64,000 bases of DNA from Minisyncoccia bacterium (GCA_044229075.1 JBGATS010000004.1:878-64877); one strand, 5' to 3'; shown: positions 19,510 to 30,687, counted from the stretch's first letter. Notes: a model not told the origin generated them from the letters alone. Program-made: numbers and translations.

Positions 19510-21435
19510 TTACCACTCCAAATACACGGTTTTCAATGGCTCATCAGGAATATCACCAGTATCTGCATAGTTGAGAAGTTCCATCGGAATATCTGACAAA
19601 AACTCTGACGGTGCATTGAAGTTTTGCTGACCATACACAGTTCGCGCATACGCATGTGACAAGTATAATCGTTCGCGTGCACGCGTAACGGCTACATAGA
19701 ACAGTCTGCGTTCCTCTTCTTGCTCCTCTTTCCCTTTTTTCTGATCGTAGCCTGCATGCGGAAACAATCCTTGCTCCATTCCTGATACGAACACATAATC
19801 GAATTCGAGTCCTTTTGCAGCGTGTACGGTCATCAGGCGTACTGCTGGTCGGTCATCGCGCATATTGTCCTGTTCTGATAATAATGCAATATCCTCGAGC
19901 ATACGTAAGATTCCCTCACCAACTTCAATGTCGTCATAACGCAGTGCATAGGTTACTAATTCTTCCATTGTTTCTAATCGCTCCTGTTCATCGGCTGATC
20001 CATTGCTATATACCGTAAACATACCCGATCGATGAATCGCATAGCGAACCGTTTCTGATGGAATTTTATCAAAGGCTACCTTTCGAATATCATTGATAAT
20101 GTTCTGAAAATCTCTGTAGCCGCCACTTGCTGCACCTGATAATTCATTTGCTTGGCCGGCAAATATTTTTGCGAGTGCAACTTTGCCGATACCACGTTTT
20201 GGTTCGTTGATCACGCGTTTAATATCTGACAGACTTTCTGGATTGATTGCTGCACGAATATAGGAAACCAAATCTTTTATTTCCTTTCGTTCGAAAAATT
20301 TTACACCCAATACTTGATAGGGAATTTCATGATGCAAGCATGCTTCCTCGAGTGCTCGTGATTGGAAATGTGTTCGATAGAGAACTGAAATTTCAGTTGC
20401 AGGAATTCCATTAGACAATAGTGTTTTAATTTCACTTGCGATCAATGACGCCTCGTGTGATTCGTTCAGCCCGATAAAAAGTGTTATTGGTTCACCTGCA
20501 GGTTTTTCTGTGCGTAATGTTTTCTCGATTCGAGTTGTGTTCTTGGTAATAATTGCATCAGCTACAGACAAAATATTTGCTGTTGATCGATAATTTTGTT
20601 CGAGTAAGATTGTGACCGTTCCTGGAAAATCTCGTTCAAAGTTCAGCATGTTTTTAATATTTGCACCACGCCAGCTGTAGATATTTTGATCAGTGTCACC
20701 TACGGCACAAATATTATGAGCCGTTCCTGCCAAAAGTTTTGCAATCTGGTATTGAATTTCATTGGTATCTTGGTATTCGTCAATATGCACATATTTGAAT
20801 TTTTCTTGTAATATCTTTCTAACATCTGCGTTTTCCTCTATCAAGTCTTTCGTTTTAACTAATAGATCATCAAAATCAAGTGCATGTTCGGCTTGTTTTT
20901 TTTGCTCGTATAATCGCCAAATATTCAACGCGTGACTGGTCACCGTACTATGCACATCGGTTTCAAATGTTCCAGGTTTCTTACCTGCATTTTTTGCATT
21001 ACTGATAATAGTTTTGATTGTACGCGGATCATACTGTTTTGGATCGATGGAAAGTTCCTCCATACAATCCTTGATCAGTCGCGTGGTGTCAGTTGTATCC
21101 ATGATGACGAATTCTTTTCGTAATTTTGCCTCGTGATAAAATTGTCGCAAGATATATACACCCAATCCGTGAAATGTTTTCATAATCGGCATCGATCGAT
21201 GTTCCCCTAACAGTTTGTGAAGCCGTTCTCGCATTTCAGTTGCTGCTTTATTGGTAAAGGTGATCGCCAGAATATTATCTGCAGAAACACCGTTTTTGAT
21301 CAGGTGTAAAATACGATAGGTTAATGTTTTTGTTTTTCCTGTTCCAGCACCAGCAACGATTAATAATGGTCCGTTGGTATGAAGCACTGCCCGTTGTTGT
21401 TCTAGATTGAGGTCATTCAAATAAGATTCGTTCAT
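19510..21435 (-). CDS. pcrA: UvrD/PcrA DNA helicase
   Basis: AGAGTGKT, DEYQDTN, LEQNYRST, TVHAAKGLEF, EERRLFYVAVTRA. Confidence 0.96.
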   Translation of the reverse strand: MNESYLNDLNLEQQRAVLHTNGPLLIVAGAGTGKTKTLTYRILHLIKNGVSADNILAITFTNKAATEMRERLHKLLGEHRSMPIMKTFHGLGVYILRQFYHEAKLRKEFVIMDTTDTTRLIKDCMEELSIDPKQYDPRTIKTIISNAKNAGKKPGTFETDVHSTVTSHALNIWRLYEQKKQAEHALDFDDLLVKTKDLIEENADVRKILQEKFKYVHIDEYQDTNEIQYQIAKLLAGTAHNICAVGDTDQNIYSWRGANIKNMLNFERDFPGTVTILLEQNYRSTANILSVADAIITKNTTRIEKTLRTEKPAGEPITLFIGLNESHEASLIASEIKTLLSNGIPATEISVLYRTHFQSRALEEACLHHEIPYQVLGVKFFERKEIKDLVSYIRAAINPESLSDIKRVINEPKRGIGKVALAKIFAGQANELSGAASGGYRDFQNIINDIRKVAFDKIPSETVRYAIHRSGMFTVYSNGSADEQERLETMEELVTYALRYDDIEVGEGILRMLEDIALLSEQDNMRDDRPAVRLMTVHAAKGLEFDYVFVSGMEQGLFPHAGYDQKKGKEEQEEERRLFYVAVTRARERLYLSHAYARTVYGQQNFNAPSEFLSDIPMELLNYADTGDIPDEPLKTVYLEW

Positions 21436-21555
21436 GATTACTAGTATATCAATTTTTCATAAAAGGTAAGTATGTTAAAAAAAGAAAATGTGGTCAAAAA
21501 ATGTGTTTTAAAAATGACTTGTATCTGTTTCCTAATACTGATATACTCATCGTAT

Positions 21556-21930
21556 ATGTCAAAAGAAACAAAGATTTTTATTGGAATTATTATTGGATTA
21601 ATTGTATTCATTGGTGGACTGTTTATTATTAACATGAAAACTCCTGGTAAATATGACGAATTCGCACAATGTATTACTGATTCTGGTGCAAAATTCTATG
21701 GAGCATTCTGGTGCCCGCACTGCCAAGCACAAAAGCAACTCTTTGGAAAATCTGCGAAAAAACTTCCCTATATCGAATGTTCAACTCCTGATAAACAACC
21801 CACTGCACAATGTCTCGACGCGGGAATTAAAGGGTATCCAACATGGATATTTTCTGACGGAAGCCAAGCCTCCGGTGAACAAACATTTGCACAATTAGCA
21901 GAAAAAACAGGGTGTCCTGTGCCAAAGTAA
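21556..21930 (+). CDS. Membrane-anchored thioredoxin-fold protein
   Basis: FYGAFWCPHC, GYPTW. Confidence 0.85.
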   Translation: MSKETKIFIGIIIGLIVFIGGLFIINMKTPGKYDEFAQCITDSGAKFYGAFWCPHCQAQKQLFGKSAKKLPYIECSTPDKQPTAQCLDAGIKGYPTWIFSDGSQASGEQTFAQLAEKTGCPVPK

Positions 21931-21940
21931 TCCTTCCCTT

Positions 21941-22486
21941 ATGCCTCTCGAAACATTTAATATCTTGATCGGTGCTGGCACTCTAATTCTGGGAATTATT
22001 ACCATCGCATTAATACTCTTGTACGTTATTCTGGGAAGACAAAGTACATTCATCACTACCCTCCTTAATCACAGCGTGATTGTTGGGTTCGGTATTGGAC
22101 TTGCTGCAGTGGTTGGATCACTCACCTATTCAGAATTGTATCGCTTACCGCCATGTTTATTCTGTTGGTGGCAACGAATATTTCTCTATCCACAACTCAT
22201 CATGTTTGGAATTGCCTGGTATCGAAAAAATGTGACAGATCGTTCTGACGTTTTTTATTACACAACACCGATAGCGATCATTGGCACCCTTATTTCCCTG
22301 TATCACGTTATTCTCCAACAAGGAATTATTGGTGCTTCCGGAGCATGTCTGGAAAGTGGAGTTTCTTGTACCATTATCGATATCCAAGTTTTCGGATTCT
22401 TAACCATTCCGATGATGGCGCTCTTGTTGGGAATAATTTCTTCCCTCTTAGGACTACTCGTACTCACTCACAAAAAAAATGCGTAG
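21941..22486 (+). CDS. dsbB: Disulfide bond formation protein DsbB/BdbC
   Basis: PCLFCWWQRIFLYP, multiple TMs, second Cys pair. Confidence 0.88.
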   Translation: MPLETFNILIGAGTLILGIITIALILLYVILGRQSTFITTLLNHSVIVGFGIGLAAVVGSLTYSELYRLPPCLFCWWQRIFLYPQLIMFGIAWYRKNVTDRSDVFYYTTPIAIIGTLISLYHVILQQGIIGASGACLESGVSCTIIDIQVFGFLTIPMMALLLGIISSLLGLLVLTHKKNA

Positions 22487-22574
22487 CGTTTTTTTTGTGA
22501 GTGAGTACTCTTTGTTCACGTATCTCATGTCGGCTTTACTAGATTTTTTACTCTTTCTGGGTATACTGCATGAT

Positions 22575-23036
22575 ATGCATCGACACTTCACTATCGACGA
22601 CTTGGAGAATTTAGAACGAGTAATGACTACGTTTTATGAAGACCTTGTCTCCTATTACCAAAAAAACCCTCCTGAAAAAGCGGTTATTATTACACTATCT
22701 GGCGATCTTGGTGCAGGAAAAACAACCACAACCCAGATACTCGCGAGACTCCTAGGTATCTCTGAAACCGTCCAGAGCCCGACATTTGTGATAAAAAAAG
22801 TTTACACGACAACTCATCCTCTCTTCAAAAAACTCATCCATATTGACGCATATCGGCTCGCTGACAACCCTTCGCTTGCTGTATTGCGACTTGATGAAGA
22901 CTTTCTTGACTCTACTGCATGTATTGCCGTGGAGTGGCCAGAGATAATTACGAACCACCTCCCTGACAACTGTATCACGTTCACCTTTTCACATACACAA
23001 ACTGGTCGGGAGTTAACCATTATTACTCCTTGGTAA
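22575..23036 (+). CDS. tsaE: tRNA t6A biosynthesis ATPase
   Basis: LSGDLGAGKTT, SPTFVI, HIDAYRL, VEWPE. Confidence 0.96.
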   Translation: MHRHFTIDDLENLERVMTTFYEDLVSYYQKNPPEKAVIITLSGDLGAGKTTTTQILARLLGISETVQSPTFVIKKVYTTTHPLFKKLIHIDAYRLADNPSLAVLRLDEDFLDSTACIAVEWPEIITNHLPDNCITFTFSHTQTGRELTIITPW

Positions 23037-23073
23037 AAAACCACTCAAGAAATCATGAGCGGTTTTTTATAAA

Positions 23074-23598
23074 TTAATTATGAAGCGCAGCAATTTCTTG
23101 CAAGATATCCTGACGACCCTGGCGATACGCTTTTTGGATCAAATCTTTAACGTGATTCGGATCTTTTACTCCGTAAATTCGAAATTCTTGCGATTCACCT
23201 GCTGTTTGTACGAGCACCACTCCAATTCCTAATAACGTTTCCAGAAATCCGGCTTCGGTGGTGGTAATATCCTGAATACGATCAAGCGAGAGCGTGGAAA
23301 CTTTTCGAGAAAATAACGAAACCTGTTCTACGTCGATGAGTCGTTCATCAGTGAGAATCCATGTATCGAGCATGAAATCTGTCCATTCAACAAAAAACGT
23401 TACCCAGAGAATGATCAGGTATGAAAAATACAATACTGATCCATATCCTTGCAATGAAATTAATGGGCCAATAAAAGGAATAATCAGCATAGGAAGTACT
23501 GCGAGGAAGATATATTTTGCAATTGCAATCCAAATAAAAAATGGATGTTTCCGGAAAATTGCAATTAATTGTTCTGTTGGGTTTAATTCGAATTTCAT
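23074..23598 (-). CDS. Bacterial PH-domain membrane protein
   Basis: Two TMs then ILTDERLIDVEQ...IQDI...GVVLVQTAG. Confidence 0.75.
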   Translation of the reverse strand: MKFELNPTEQLIAIFRKHPFFIWIAIAKYIFLAVLPMLIIPFIGPLISLQGYGSVLYFSYLIILWVTFFVEWTDFMLDTWILTDERLIDVEQVSLFSRKVSTLSLDRIQDITTTEAGFLETLLGIGVVLVQTAGESQEFRIYGVKDPNHVKDLIQKAYRQGRQDILQEIAALHN

Positions 23599-23603
23599 AT
23601 CTA

Positions 23604-23789
23604 TTACAGGGCACTGATACTGGTGAACAGCGCCATAATTAAAACTACTAATCCGACCATGTACACGGTAAATACACCAGCACCTTTACCCTGTTCTGGC
23701 ATATAGGTTTTCCAGTGCCACATGAGCGCCGCAGAAACACCGAACACCAAAATAACTAATACAAAAAACGCAATTGTCATCATATTCAT
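23604..23789 (-). CDS. Small two-TM membrane protein
   Basis: Two hydrophobic helices flanking WHWKTY. Confidence 0.6.
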   Translation of the reverse strand: MNMMTIAFFVLVILVFGVSAALMWHWKTYMPEQGKGAGVFTVYMVGLVVLIMALFTSISAL

Positions 23790-23930
23790 AGTACGGTTAG
23801 TATACCATAGAAACGCCTTGCGTAAAAACCAGATTCGTGCGATACTACGGGTATGTATTTTGGCTCGATCGTGTAAACGCAAGTGCTCATAAATACGGTC
23901 GAGTTTTATTTGGAAAACATTCAATCTCTC

Positions 23931-24197
23931 ATGCAAAATAACCTGTATGTAAGTTCCCTTGCTTGGGCAACTACTGATGATTCATTGCGCGCATACTTTG
24001 CCACTGTTGGTGAAGTAAAAAGTGCTATGGTTATCAAAGACAAAATGTCAGGACGATCTCGAGGATTTGGATTCGTTGAAATGGCTGATGATGCTACTGC
24101 GGCTGAAGCTGTTGCAAAACTCAACGAAACTGATCTTGATGGACGTAACATTCGTGTTGCGATCGCTCAACCTCGTGAAGAACGACCACGACAATAG
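23931..24197 (+). CDS. RRM RNA-binding protein
   Basis: NLYVSSL (RNP2), RGFGFVEM (RNP1). Confidence 0.95.
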   Translation: MQNNLYVSSLAWATTDDSLRAYFATVGEVKSAMVIKDKMSGRSRGFGFVEMADDATAAEAVAKLNETDLDGRNIRVAIAQPREERPRQ

Positions 24198-24283
24198 TCA
24201 CAAAGAAAAACTACCCAATCGGGTAGTTTTTCTTTTAAAAAAATCCGCATCATTTGATGCGGATAAACATTATGTTCAAAAAA

Positions 24284-25249
24284 TTAGTTTCTTAATATTG
24301 ACCAATCATTCTGATAAACACTACTCGTATTATAAAAATTTGTTTTTACCCCAGTCCATCTGGCAAGAATAGTCATATCTTTAATATGGGCTGACCCTAT
24401 AACTAGAGCACCATTTTTTTTCTGATTATTCAATAAAAAATCAATCAATTTATAATATGCAATATATGATCTCAAGAGAATTATTTTTTTATTAATTGCA
24501 TAATAAGGACTCTCTGGATTAAAACCACCTAACATTAATGTAATCCCATTAAAAAAATGAATAATACTGTCCTCTATTCCAATAATATTAGTCTGGTTTG
24601 GAAAAGAATTTGATTCCAGTAAAGATTGAAACGCATTCTTGTTACGACAATCAATCACACTTTTAATACTTATACTCGAAATAGTACTTAATGCAATACC
24701 TAAATCATCTATATTTTTCCCATACGATTTGTTTGTAGTTATAAAATTATCAAAAAAAGAAATATTTTTATTCCATACTTTTCCTGAAAAACTTTCCATT
24801 CCAACTACTGGGTAATTATTTTTTGTAAGCAAATCTTTTATTATTGACTGGCTTTGCAAAACAATAACTTCCTGTTGTTCATCTTGAAACGCAGATATAT
24901 GTGTTTGTCCGATAATATCAACTTCTGAAATTTCATCCTTTTTTAAAACGAGTATCGAGTCAATACTTATCGACCATTTTACCAATTCATCAAGTTTAAT
25001 TAAAATGTCTTTAATCAGATTAGAGTCTGAATAATTATTTTGATTGATTATTTTTTTTATATCACCAGAAACTTGGGTAAATGGTGACTGATATTGCAAA
25101 GCAATATTTCTCTTATAATCAATTGTAAACAAATAAGACTCGTGTTTTTCTTCTTGTTTTACTTCTCTTTTTGCTGTTTCGCCGCTTTTTGCGTTTGCTA
25201 TCACGATTCCTAGAATCATGAAACAAAAAATTATTATTAATTTTTTCAT
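24284..25249 (-). CDS. Secreted hypothetical protein, possible TraB/Tiki/ChaN superfamily
   Basis: Signal peptide; IIGQTH...VGMES...VIGSAH motif order. Confidence 0.55.
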   Translation of the reverse strand: MKKLIIIFCFMILGIVIANAKSGETAKREVKQEEKHESYLFTIDYKRNIALQYQSPFTQVSGDIKKIINQNNYSDSNLIKDILIKLDELVKWSISIDSILVLKKDEISEVDIIGQTHISAFQDEQQEVIVLQSQSIIKDLLTKNNYPVVGMESFSGKVWNKNISFFDNFITTNKSYGKNIDDLGIALSTISSISIKSVIDCRNKNAFQSLLESNSFPNQTNIIGIEDSIIHFFNGITLMLGGFNPESPYYAINKKIILLRSYIAYYKLIDFLLNNQKKNGALVIGSAHIKDMTILARWTGVKTNFYNTSSVYQNDWSILRN

Positions 25250-25378
25250 ACTATTCTCTTTTTTAAAGAATAGATATAGTATATATTATATTAGATATTT
25301 GTCAAATATTAATTTGACCTTATAAAAACTGCATCAAATGATGCAGTTAATTTGACTTAGAGATTTAAAATTTTTATT

Positions 25379-26227
25379 TCAAGACATAACATGGTCCCAA
25401 AAAACCTTATTGGGGAGTAATAAAATATTCATAAAAGCTTCCTCTTTTGTAATATTATTGAAAACTTCTTCCTTAAATGATTCTTTAATTCTTTCTTCTG
25501 GAGAAAAGGCGTAATCTTGATAAACATATTCAGTCATAATTCTTTGTTGAAAGTGAATATTTTTTGCGTGATAGGCTCCTGTGATTATTACAATTGTTTC
25601 AAAATTGCACACCTGACATTTGTTCTGTAAATGATATTCTAGGGAGTTAATTATTACGTCTTCACACCCATGCTTTATTTCATGATTAATCGTATTGCAA
25701 AAATCTTCTACTCCTTGACTTAAAAAGTCGGCAAAAACCTCTCGTATTTTTTCTTTCTGTACAGAAATTCTTTTTTTAATGAATAAGTATTGAAATAGTT
25801 CATTTAGATCGTGAGTATTCGGGTTTTTACTTTTAAAATTTTTAATAGAAAAATATTTGTTTTTGATTATATGCGTGAGTTTATTTATATACTCTTGAAA
25901 TAAACTGTTTTTTAATCCACGCTTATCGGCAATAACAATACTCGCTTGAATTTGCTGGAGAAACGCATTGTGTTGTTCGTTAAAAATACTTTTTAAAACA
26001 CTTATTCTATTTTCATGCTCCACTTTTACTGTGCCGCATTTGCAGTCATGTGTTTTTTGACTAATGAGCGCATCTTCAGCAATAACCAATGTCTTTTCTG
26101 ATTTTAAAATATCTCCAAAATCGTGAATTATCTCGGAAGTTATGTGCGGGTGAACTAATGACTGTTTTTTAAATCCAGCATAATCCGTGGCGTGTACAAC
26201 ACCTAATAAATAAATTTTTTTGTCCAT
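25379..26227 (-). CDS. Hypothetical protein, possible TraB/Tiki/ChaN superfamily
   Basis: LLGVVH...VIAED...ITGAYH. Confidence 0.5.
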   Translation of the reverse strand: MDKKIYLLGVVHATDYAGFKKQSLVHPHITSEIIHDFGDILKSEKTLVIAEDALISQKTHDCKCGTVKVEHENRISVLKSIFNEQHNAFLQQIQASIVIADKRGLKNSLFQEYINKLTHIIKNKYFSIKNFKSKNPNTHDLNELFQYLFIKKRISVQKEKIREVFADFLSQGVEDFCNTINHEIKHGCEDVIINSLEYHLQNKCQVCNFETIVIITGAYHAKNIHFQQRIMTEYVYQDYAFSPEERIKESFKEEVFNNITKEEAFMNILLLPNKVFWDHVMS

Positions 26228-26361
26228 GTTACTCTATTTAGTTTTTTGGAAAATTCCAATATCTAAATTAACATATACAGAATATATGTCAATATCTCTA
26301 AAAATATTCCCTCTTTTTAAAATTATTCAACAAAAAAATCACTCTTTGGTGATCTTTTCAT

Positions 26362-28056
26362 TTACATCCTCTCTGGCGCATCTATAGCCAGTAACTGTAA
26401 TCCGTTTTTCAGGATAATTTGCACCGCACGCGCAATCGCCAACCGATGTGCCGATATTTCAGGATTCTCTCGATCGATAATTTTATGAGCTCCGTAGAAC
26501 GAATTGAACGATCGAGCGATTTCAAGTAAATATGTGACAATATAATTTGGTGCACATTCTGAAACTGCGGACTCAACAACTTCTGGAAATCGATAGAGTA
26601 ATTTTTCAATATCAGAAATAATCTGTCCATATTTAATTTCTGGAAAAATATTTTGCTCTTGTCCTTTGTCGAGCAAGGTTTGAATACGTGCGTGTGTGTA
26701 CTGCAAGTATGGACCGGAATCACCTTCAAATGAAAGACTCGTTTCTGGATCAAAATTAATATTCATTCCTGGTTTTGCCTTTAGGATTGCAAATTTTATA
26801 GCGCCAATAGCAATCGCATCTTTTGTTGCTTGATCTAATTCTCGATCCTTTGCGCGCTCGGCAACTTCCTCGGAAACAACACTAATCATATCACTTGCAA
26901 GTGGTACGCCACCCAATCGTGATGACATTTTCTGACCTTTGAACGACATGCGCCCATGATGAATGTGGATACTTTTTTCTTTCCAATCTTTATTAATATG
27001 TTCTGCAGCATCAAGTACGATATTAAAATGCGAAACCTGTTCATGATCGGTTATAAACAGTGATGCATCTGGTGAATATCGCTCAAACTTGAGATCCAGT
27101 AGCCCTAAATCCTTTGCATCGTAAGTTGGATTTCCTTGGCTATTTATGAATACTGATGTATTCAAGTTCTTTTTTGATTCATCGGGAATATACACGATTG
27201 CGCCTTCACTTTCTGTAAAGATGTTTGGTGTGTTTTCAAGAACAATCTTTTTCCCAATAACGCCCGCCTCACTTTCGTAGATATATGCATCAAAATGTGA
27301 ACCAAGTTTTCCAACAATGTCTTCAAAATAGTCTATATTAAATTTCTTGCATGTAGTATAGACAGTCAATTCTGGTGAAGGAATACACCCATACAGATTA
27401 TCCGCGATTTCCTTTATTCGTACATGGACACGTTCATCTTCATTGTATCGTTTTGTACCTTGTACATACGCATCACCTAATACTGCTATATCTGTTGGTT
27501 GGAAATCTGGCCCATGTGTCTCAAGAATAATGAAAATTGCTTTTGCAACACCAAGAGAAATGTCTGATGGAAATGATAATGTGGTCACATCGGCGCCACT
27601 TGCTCGCATTAATCGCACCAATGATTCACCTATTGCATTATTCATCATATGTCCAATATGAAACGGTTTGAACAGATTCGGCGATGAATGTTCAACAAGA
27701 ATATTCTTTCCTGTATTTATATCAAGATTCCCAAAATTATCCTTTGCTGCAAGAATTTCTGAAAGTGCTTGTACGAAAAATTCCGGTGCCAGTTTGATAT
27801 TGATAAATCCAGGTTCTGCAATTTCAAGACTTTCAATTTCCGGAATATGTATAGCCTTCAGTTCATTCACGATATCCTGTGCCAAGTCGAGCGGTTTCTT
27901 ACCAGCCAGTTTTGCAGCCACCAAGGCAGCGTTGGTTGCATAATCACCGTGAGACAATTCACCAGGATGTTCCACACTAAAACTCACCTCTGAAATACCA
28001 AGATTTGCAAGTGCCTGCGTAATAAGACTCTTAATATATACCGATGGGTTGTTCAT
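26362..28056 (-). CDS. argS: Arginine--tRNA ligase
   Basis: SPNLFKPFHIGH, KMSSR, GDSGPYLQYTHAR, PERM end. Confidence 0.97.
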   Translation of the reverse strand: MNNPSVYIKSLITQALANLGISEVSFSVEHPGELSHGDYATNAALVAAKLAGKKPLDLAQDIVNELKAIHIPEIESLEIAEPGFINIKLAPEFFVQALSEILAAKDNFGNLDINTGKNILVEHSSPNLFKPFHIGHMMNNAIGESLVRLMRASGADVTTLSFPSDISLGVAKAIFIILETHGPDFQPTDIAVLGDAYVQGTKRYNEDERVHVRIKEIADNLYGCIPSPELTVYTTCKKFNIDYFEDIVGKLGSHFDAYIYESEAGVIGKKIVLENTPNIFTESEGAIVYIPDESKKNLNTSVFINSQGNPTYDAKDLGLLDLKFERYSPDASLFITDHEQVSHFNIVLDAAEHINKDWKEKSIHIHHGRMSFKGQKMSSRLGGVPLASDMISVVSEEVAERAKDRELDQATKDAIAIGAIKFAILKAKPGMNINFDPETSLSFEGDSGPYLQYTHARIQTLLDKGQEQNIFPEIKYGQIISDIEKLLYRFPEVVESAVSECAPNYIVTYLLEIARSFNSFYGAHKIIDRENPEISAHRLAIARAVQIILKNGLQLLAIDAPERM

Positions 28057-28086
28057 ATGGGTACTGTAGCATAAAATAGTAATAAA

Positions 28087-28131
28087 AAAAGCCAGTTTGC
28101 ATGCAAACTGGCTTTTGTGATCACAAAAGTG
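28087..28131. terminator. Terminator plus 18-bp palindrome module, copy 1
   Basis: AAAAGCCAGT-N-ACTGGCTTTTGTGATCACAAAAGTG. Confidence 0.7.
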
Positions 28132-28151
28132 ATTCTTTCATATCTATAAAC

Positions 28152-28775
28152 TTACTTAATTTCAATATTTTGATTAGAATGATACTGAATCTTTGTAATA
28201 ACTATTTCAAAGATTTCTTTTTCAATCTCCTCAACTGATCTATTAGCACAGACTCTCGTCCAACCATATTTTTCTCCCAATTCATTGTGAATCCTTGCTA
28301 CCTTTTGAGTAAGTTCATTATCGCTCTCATGTTTATGACCTGCTTCAATTCCACTTGAGAATCGTTCTCCGTAAAAAAGGAAACAAATATCTGGTTGTAT
28401 GAGTTTAGAATTTAACCGCTCTAATAACTCTCCATTTACACCTGCACCCATACCCCAGGCGAAACTTGTACCAATATAATCCTCTGCAATCACATGAATA
28501 CCTGCTTGTAACTTTCTCTGTAGTTCGGGTTGATAGTCAATTCTATTTTGCACTTGAATTAATTGAAACTCTCGAGCAGTTAAATTATAAGGGTTGCCCT
28601 TCCTTAAATAGTCATTAAGAATTGGTCCTGTTGGCTCCAAGTCATACCGAGCATATTTAACATACTCTGCTAATATACCGTTCTTTTTTAAATTTTCTGT
28701 AAGCTTGTCTTTTGACTGTAATGTTTTACCGAGGTTGTTAATCCCGTAAAAAGCTATAAATAATCCTTTATTCAT
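28152..28775 (-). CDS. tmk: Thymidylate kinase
   Basis: FIAFYGINNLGKT P-loop variant, EPTG, PDICF; adjacent to thyA. Confidence 0.85.
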   Translation of the reverse strand: MNKGLFIAFYGINNLGKTLQSKDKLTENLKKNGILAEYVKYARYDLEPTGPILNDYLRKGNPYNLTAREFQLIQVQNRIDYQPELQRKLQAGIHVIAEDYIGTSFAWGMGAGVNGELLERLNSKLIQPDICFLFYGERFSSGIEAGHKHESDNELTQKVARIHNELGEKYGWTRVCANRSVEEIEKEIFEIVITKIQYHSNQNIEIK

Positions 28776-28830
28776 AATAAAATATTTAATTTGTGAAAAA
28801 TTTTTTATAAATATACACCAAACCAAGTAA

Positions 28831-28875
28831 AAAAGCCAGTCTCGGATGAGACTGGCTTTTGTGATCACAAAAGTG
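28831..28875. terminator. Terminator plus 18-bp palindrome module, copy 2
   Basis: AAAAGCCAGT-N-ACTGGCTTTTGTGATCACAAAAGTG. Confidence 0.7.
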
Positions 28876-28888
28876 TAGTTTTAAATTT

Positions 28889-30079
28889 TTAAACTGCCAC
28901 CGCACCCTTTATTGTTGGATGACACTGATAATTTTCTAATGTAAAATCTTCGAATTTGAAATCATCAATGTTTTTCACATTTGGATTTAATTTCATAATT
29001 GGATATGGGAATGCTGTCCGTGTAAGCTGTTCAACAACTTGATCCATGTGATTACTATAAATGTGTAAATCACCGTAACCATGAATAAATTCTCCAACTT
29101 TACAATTAGTTACCTGTGCAACCATCATAAGAAGTAAAGCATATGAAGCAATATTAAATGGTACACCCAGAAAAATATCGCAACTACGTTGGTATAACTG
29201 TAAATCAAGTTGATATATCGGAGCTCCAACTGCATCCAAGTCATCATCATCCATGTTTTTTACATAGGATATATTTTTTTCATTCTTTTTTGCCCAATAC
29301 ACAAGTCTTTCATCAAGAGTCATAAGTCTTGAGTGAAACTGGAATAAGCAGTGACATGGCGGAAGTCCTGACTGAATCATTGCTGGTAAATCGCCAACAT
29401 TCCATGCAGATACAAGCATTCTACGAGAAATTATTCCTGTTTCATGTTGTTTGTTAATTTGTTCAACAACCTGACCTAATTGATCTATGGTATATTTTTC
29501 ATCATAGGGAATGAATTCACTATCGCTCGGCCAGTCACTGGGACGACTTGTAATTGTCCGAGTCGTTGACCATTTTCTCCATTGTTTACCGTACACAGGA
29601 CCCAAATCGCCCCATTCTTTTGCAAATGTAGGATAAGCCAATATCATCTCTTCAAACATTTTAATATCAATTTTTTTTGTGTGTTTATTATTGTAATTCT
29701 TTAATGGCCAATCAGACCAAATAGATACACCATTTTCTACTAGATATTTAATATTTGTACTTCCACTTACCAGCCAAATTAATTCATGAATTATACTTTT
29801 CAGGTGAACTTTTTTAGTGGTAATCAGCGGAAATCCATGATCAAGATTAAATCTAGATTGATATCCATGAATACCAATAGTATCAGTACCTGTTCGATCG
29901 AACTTTGGTTTGCCTTTCAATAAGGTGTGTAATAATGATTTTTCGTACTCAGAATAATCACTGTTCGAAATATGGTACGCAATGTCCATTACTTTTAATC
30001 TCTTAAGAGCATTATTCTGTAAACCTGTTAGTTCTGCTTGTTTTGCTCTTAGTGTTTTTGTTGGGATAATTTCTTTCAT
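28889..30079 (-). CDS. thyA: Thymidylate synthase with N-terminal extension and insertions
   Basis: [36 protein letters not shown]. Confidence 0.96.
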   Translation of the reverse strand: MKEIIPTKTLRAKQAELTGLQNNALKRLKVMDIAYHISNSDYSEYEKSLLHTLLKGKPKFDRTGTDTIGIHGYQSRFNLDHGFPLITTKKVHLKSIIHELIWLVSGSTNIKYLVENGVSIWSDWPLKNYNNKHTKKIDIKMFEEMILAYPTFAKEWGDLGPVYGKQWRKWSTTRTITSRPSDWPSDSEFIPYDEKYTIDQLGQVVEQINKQHETGIISRRMLVSAWNVGDLPAMIQSGLPPCHCLFQFHSRLMTLDERLVYWAKKNEKNISYVKNMDDDDLDAVGAPIYQLDLQLYQRSCDIFLGVPFNIASYALLLMMVAQVTNCKVGEFIHGYGDLHIYSNHMDQVVEQLTRTAFPYPIMKLNPNVKNIDDFKFEDFTLENYQCHPTIKGAVAV

Positions 30080-30261
30080 TTTTTTATTATTTAATTGTTT
30101 AAAAAATATTATTTTTACAACGAACATTTCTGTTCTGATTGATAGGTATTTTGCATTTTTTATAGAGAAAGTCAAGGTGTCATTAATCCAGAAATTGATG
30201 GCGATGGTTCGTAAGAGAACTTATTCATCAAAAAAGCGATCCATTATGGAATCGCTTTTTT

Positions 30262-30687
30262 CTATCCCTTGATTTCAACACCCATAGATTTTGCAGATCC
30301 TGCAACCGTTTTCATTGCAGCTTCTACATCAGTCGTGTTCAAGTCAGGAAGCTTTTTTTCTGCGATTTCTCGCAATTGAGCAGTCGTGATTGACCCAGCT
30401 TTTTTCTTTGCATTAGTTCCAGAACCACTGGTGATTCCTGCAGCTTTTTTCAGCATTGCAGACATTGGTGGAGTCTTGATCACAAATTCAAATGTTCGAT
30501 CATCGTAGATCGTCATTGCAACCGATGTCATTTCACCCATCTGTTCTTTTGTAGCTGTGTTGAACTGGTTTACAAAGTCTCCAATGTTAATACCAGTCTG
30601 TCCAAGCACCGGACCAAGTGGTGGTGCTGGGGTAGCTTTCCCCCCAACAATTTGGAGCTTGAGCTGTTTCATTATTTTTTTTGCCAT
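30262..30687 (-). CDS. rplK: 50S ribosomal protein L11
   Basis: GKATPAPPLGPVLGQ...KTPP...GSAKSMG. Confidence 0.97.
   Translation of the reverse strand: MAKKIMKQLKLQIVGGKATPAPPLGPVLGQTGINIGDFVNQFNTATKEQMGEMTSVAMTIYDDRTFEFVIKTPPMSAMLKKAAGITSGSGTNAKKKAGSITTAQLREIAEKKLPDLNTTDVEAAMKTVAGSAKSMGVEIKG

Noticed and set aside
28889-30079. Intein or intron in thyA or cca
   Set aside because: Insertions are short and in frame, lacking intein C/S...HN termini or endonuclease motifs
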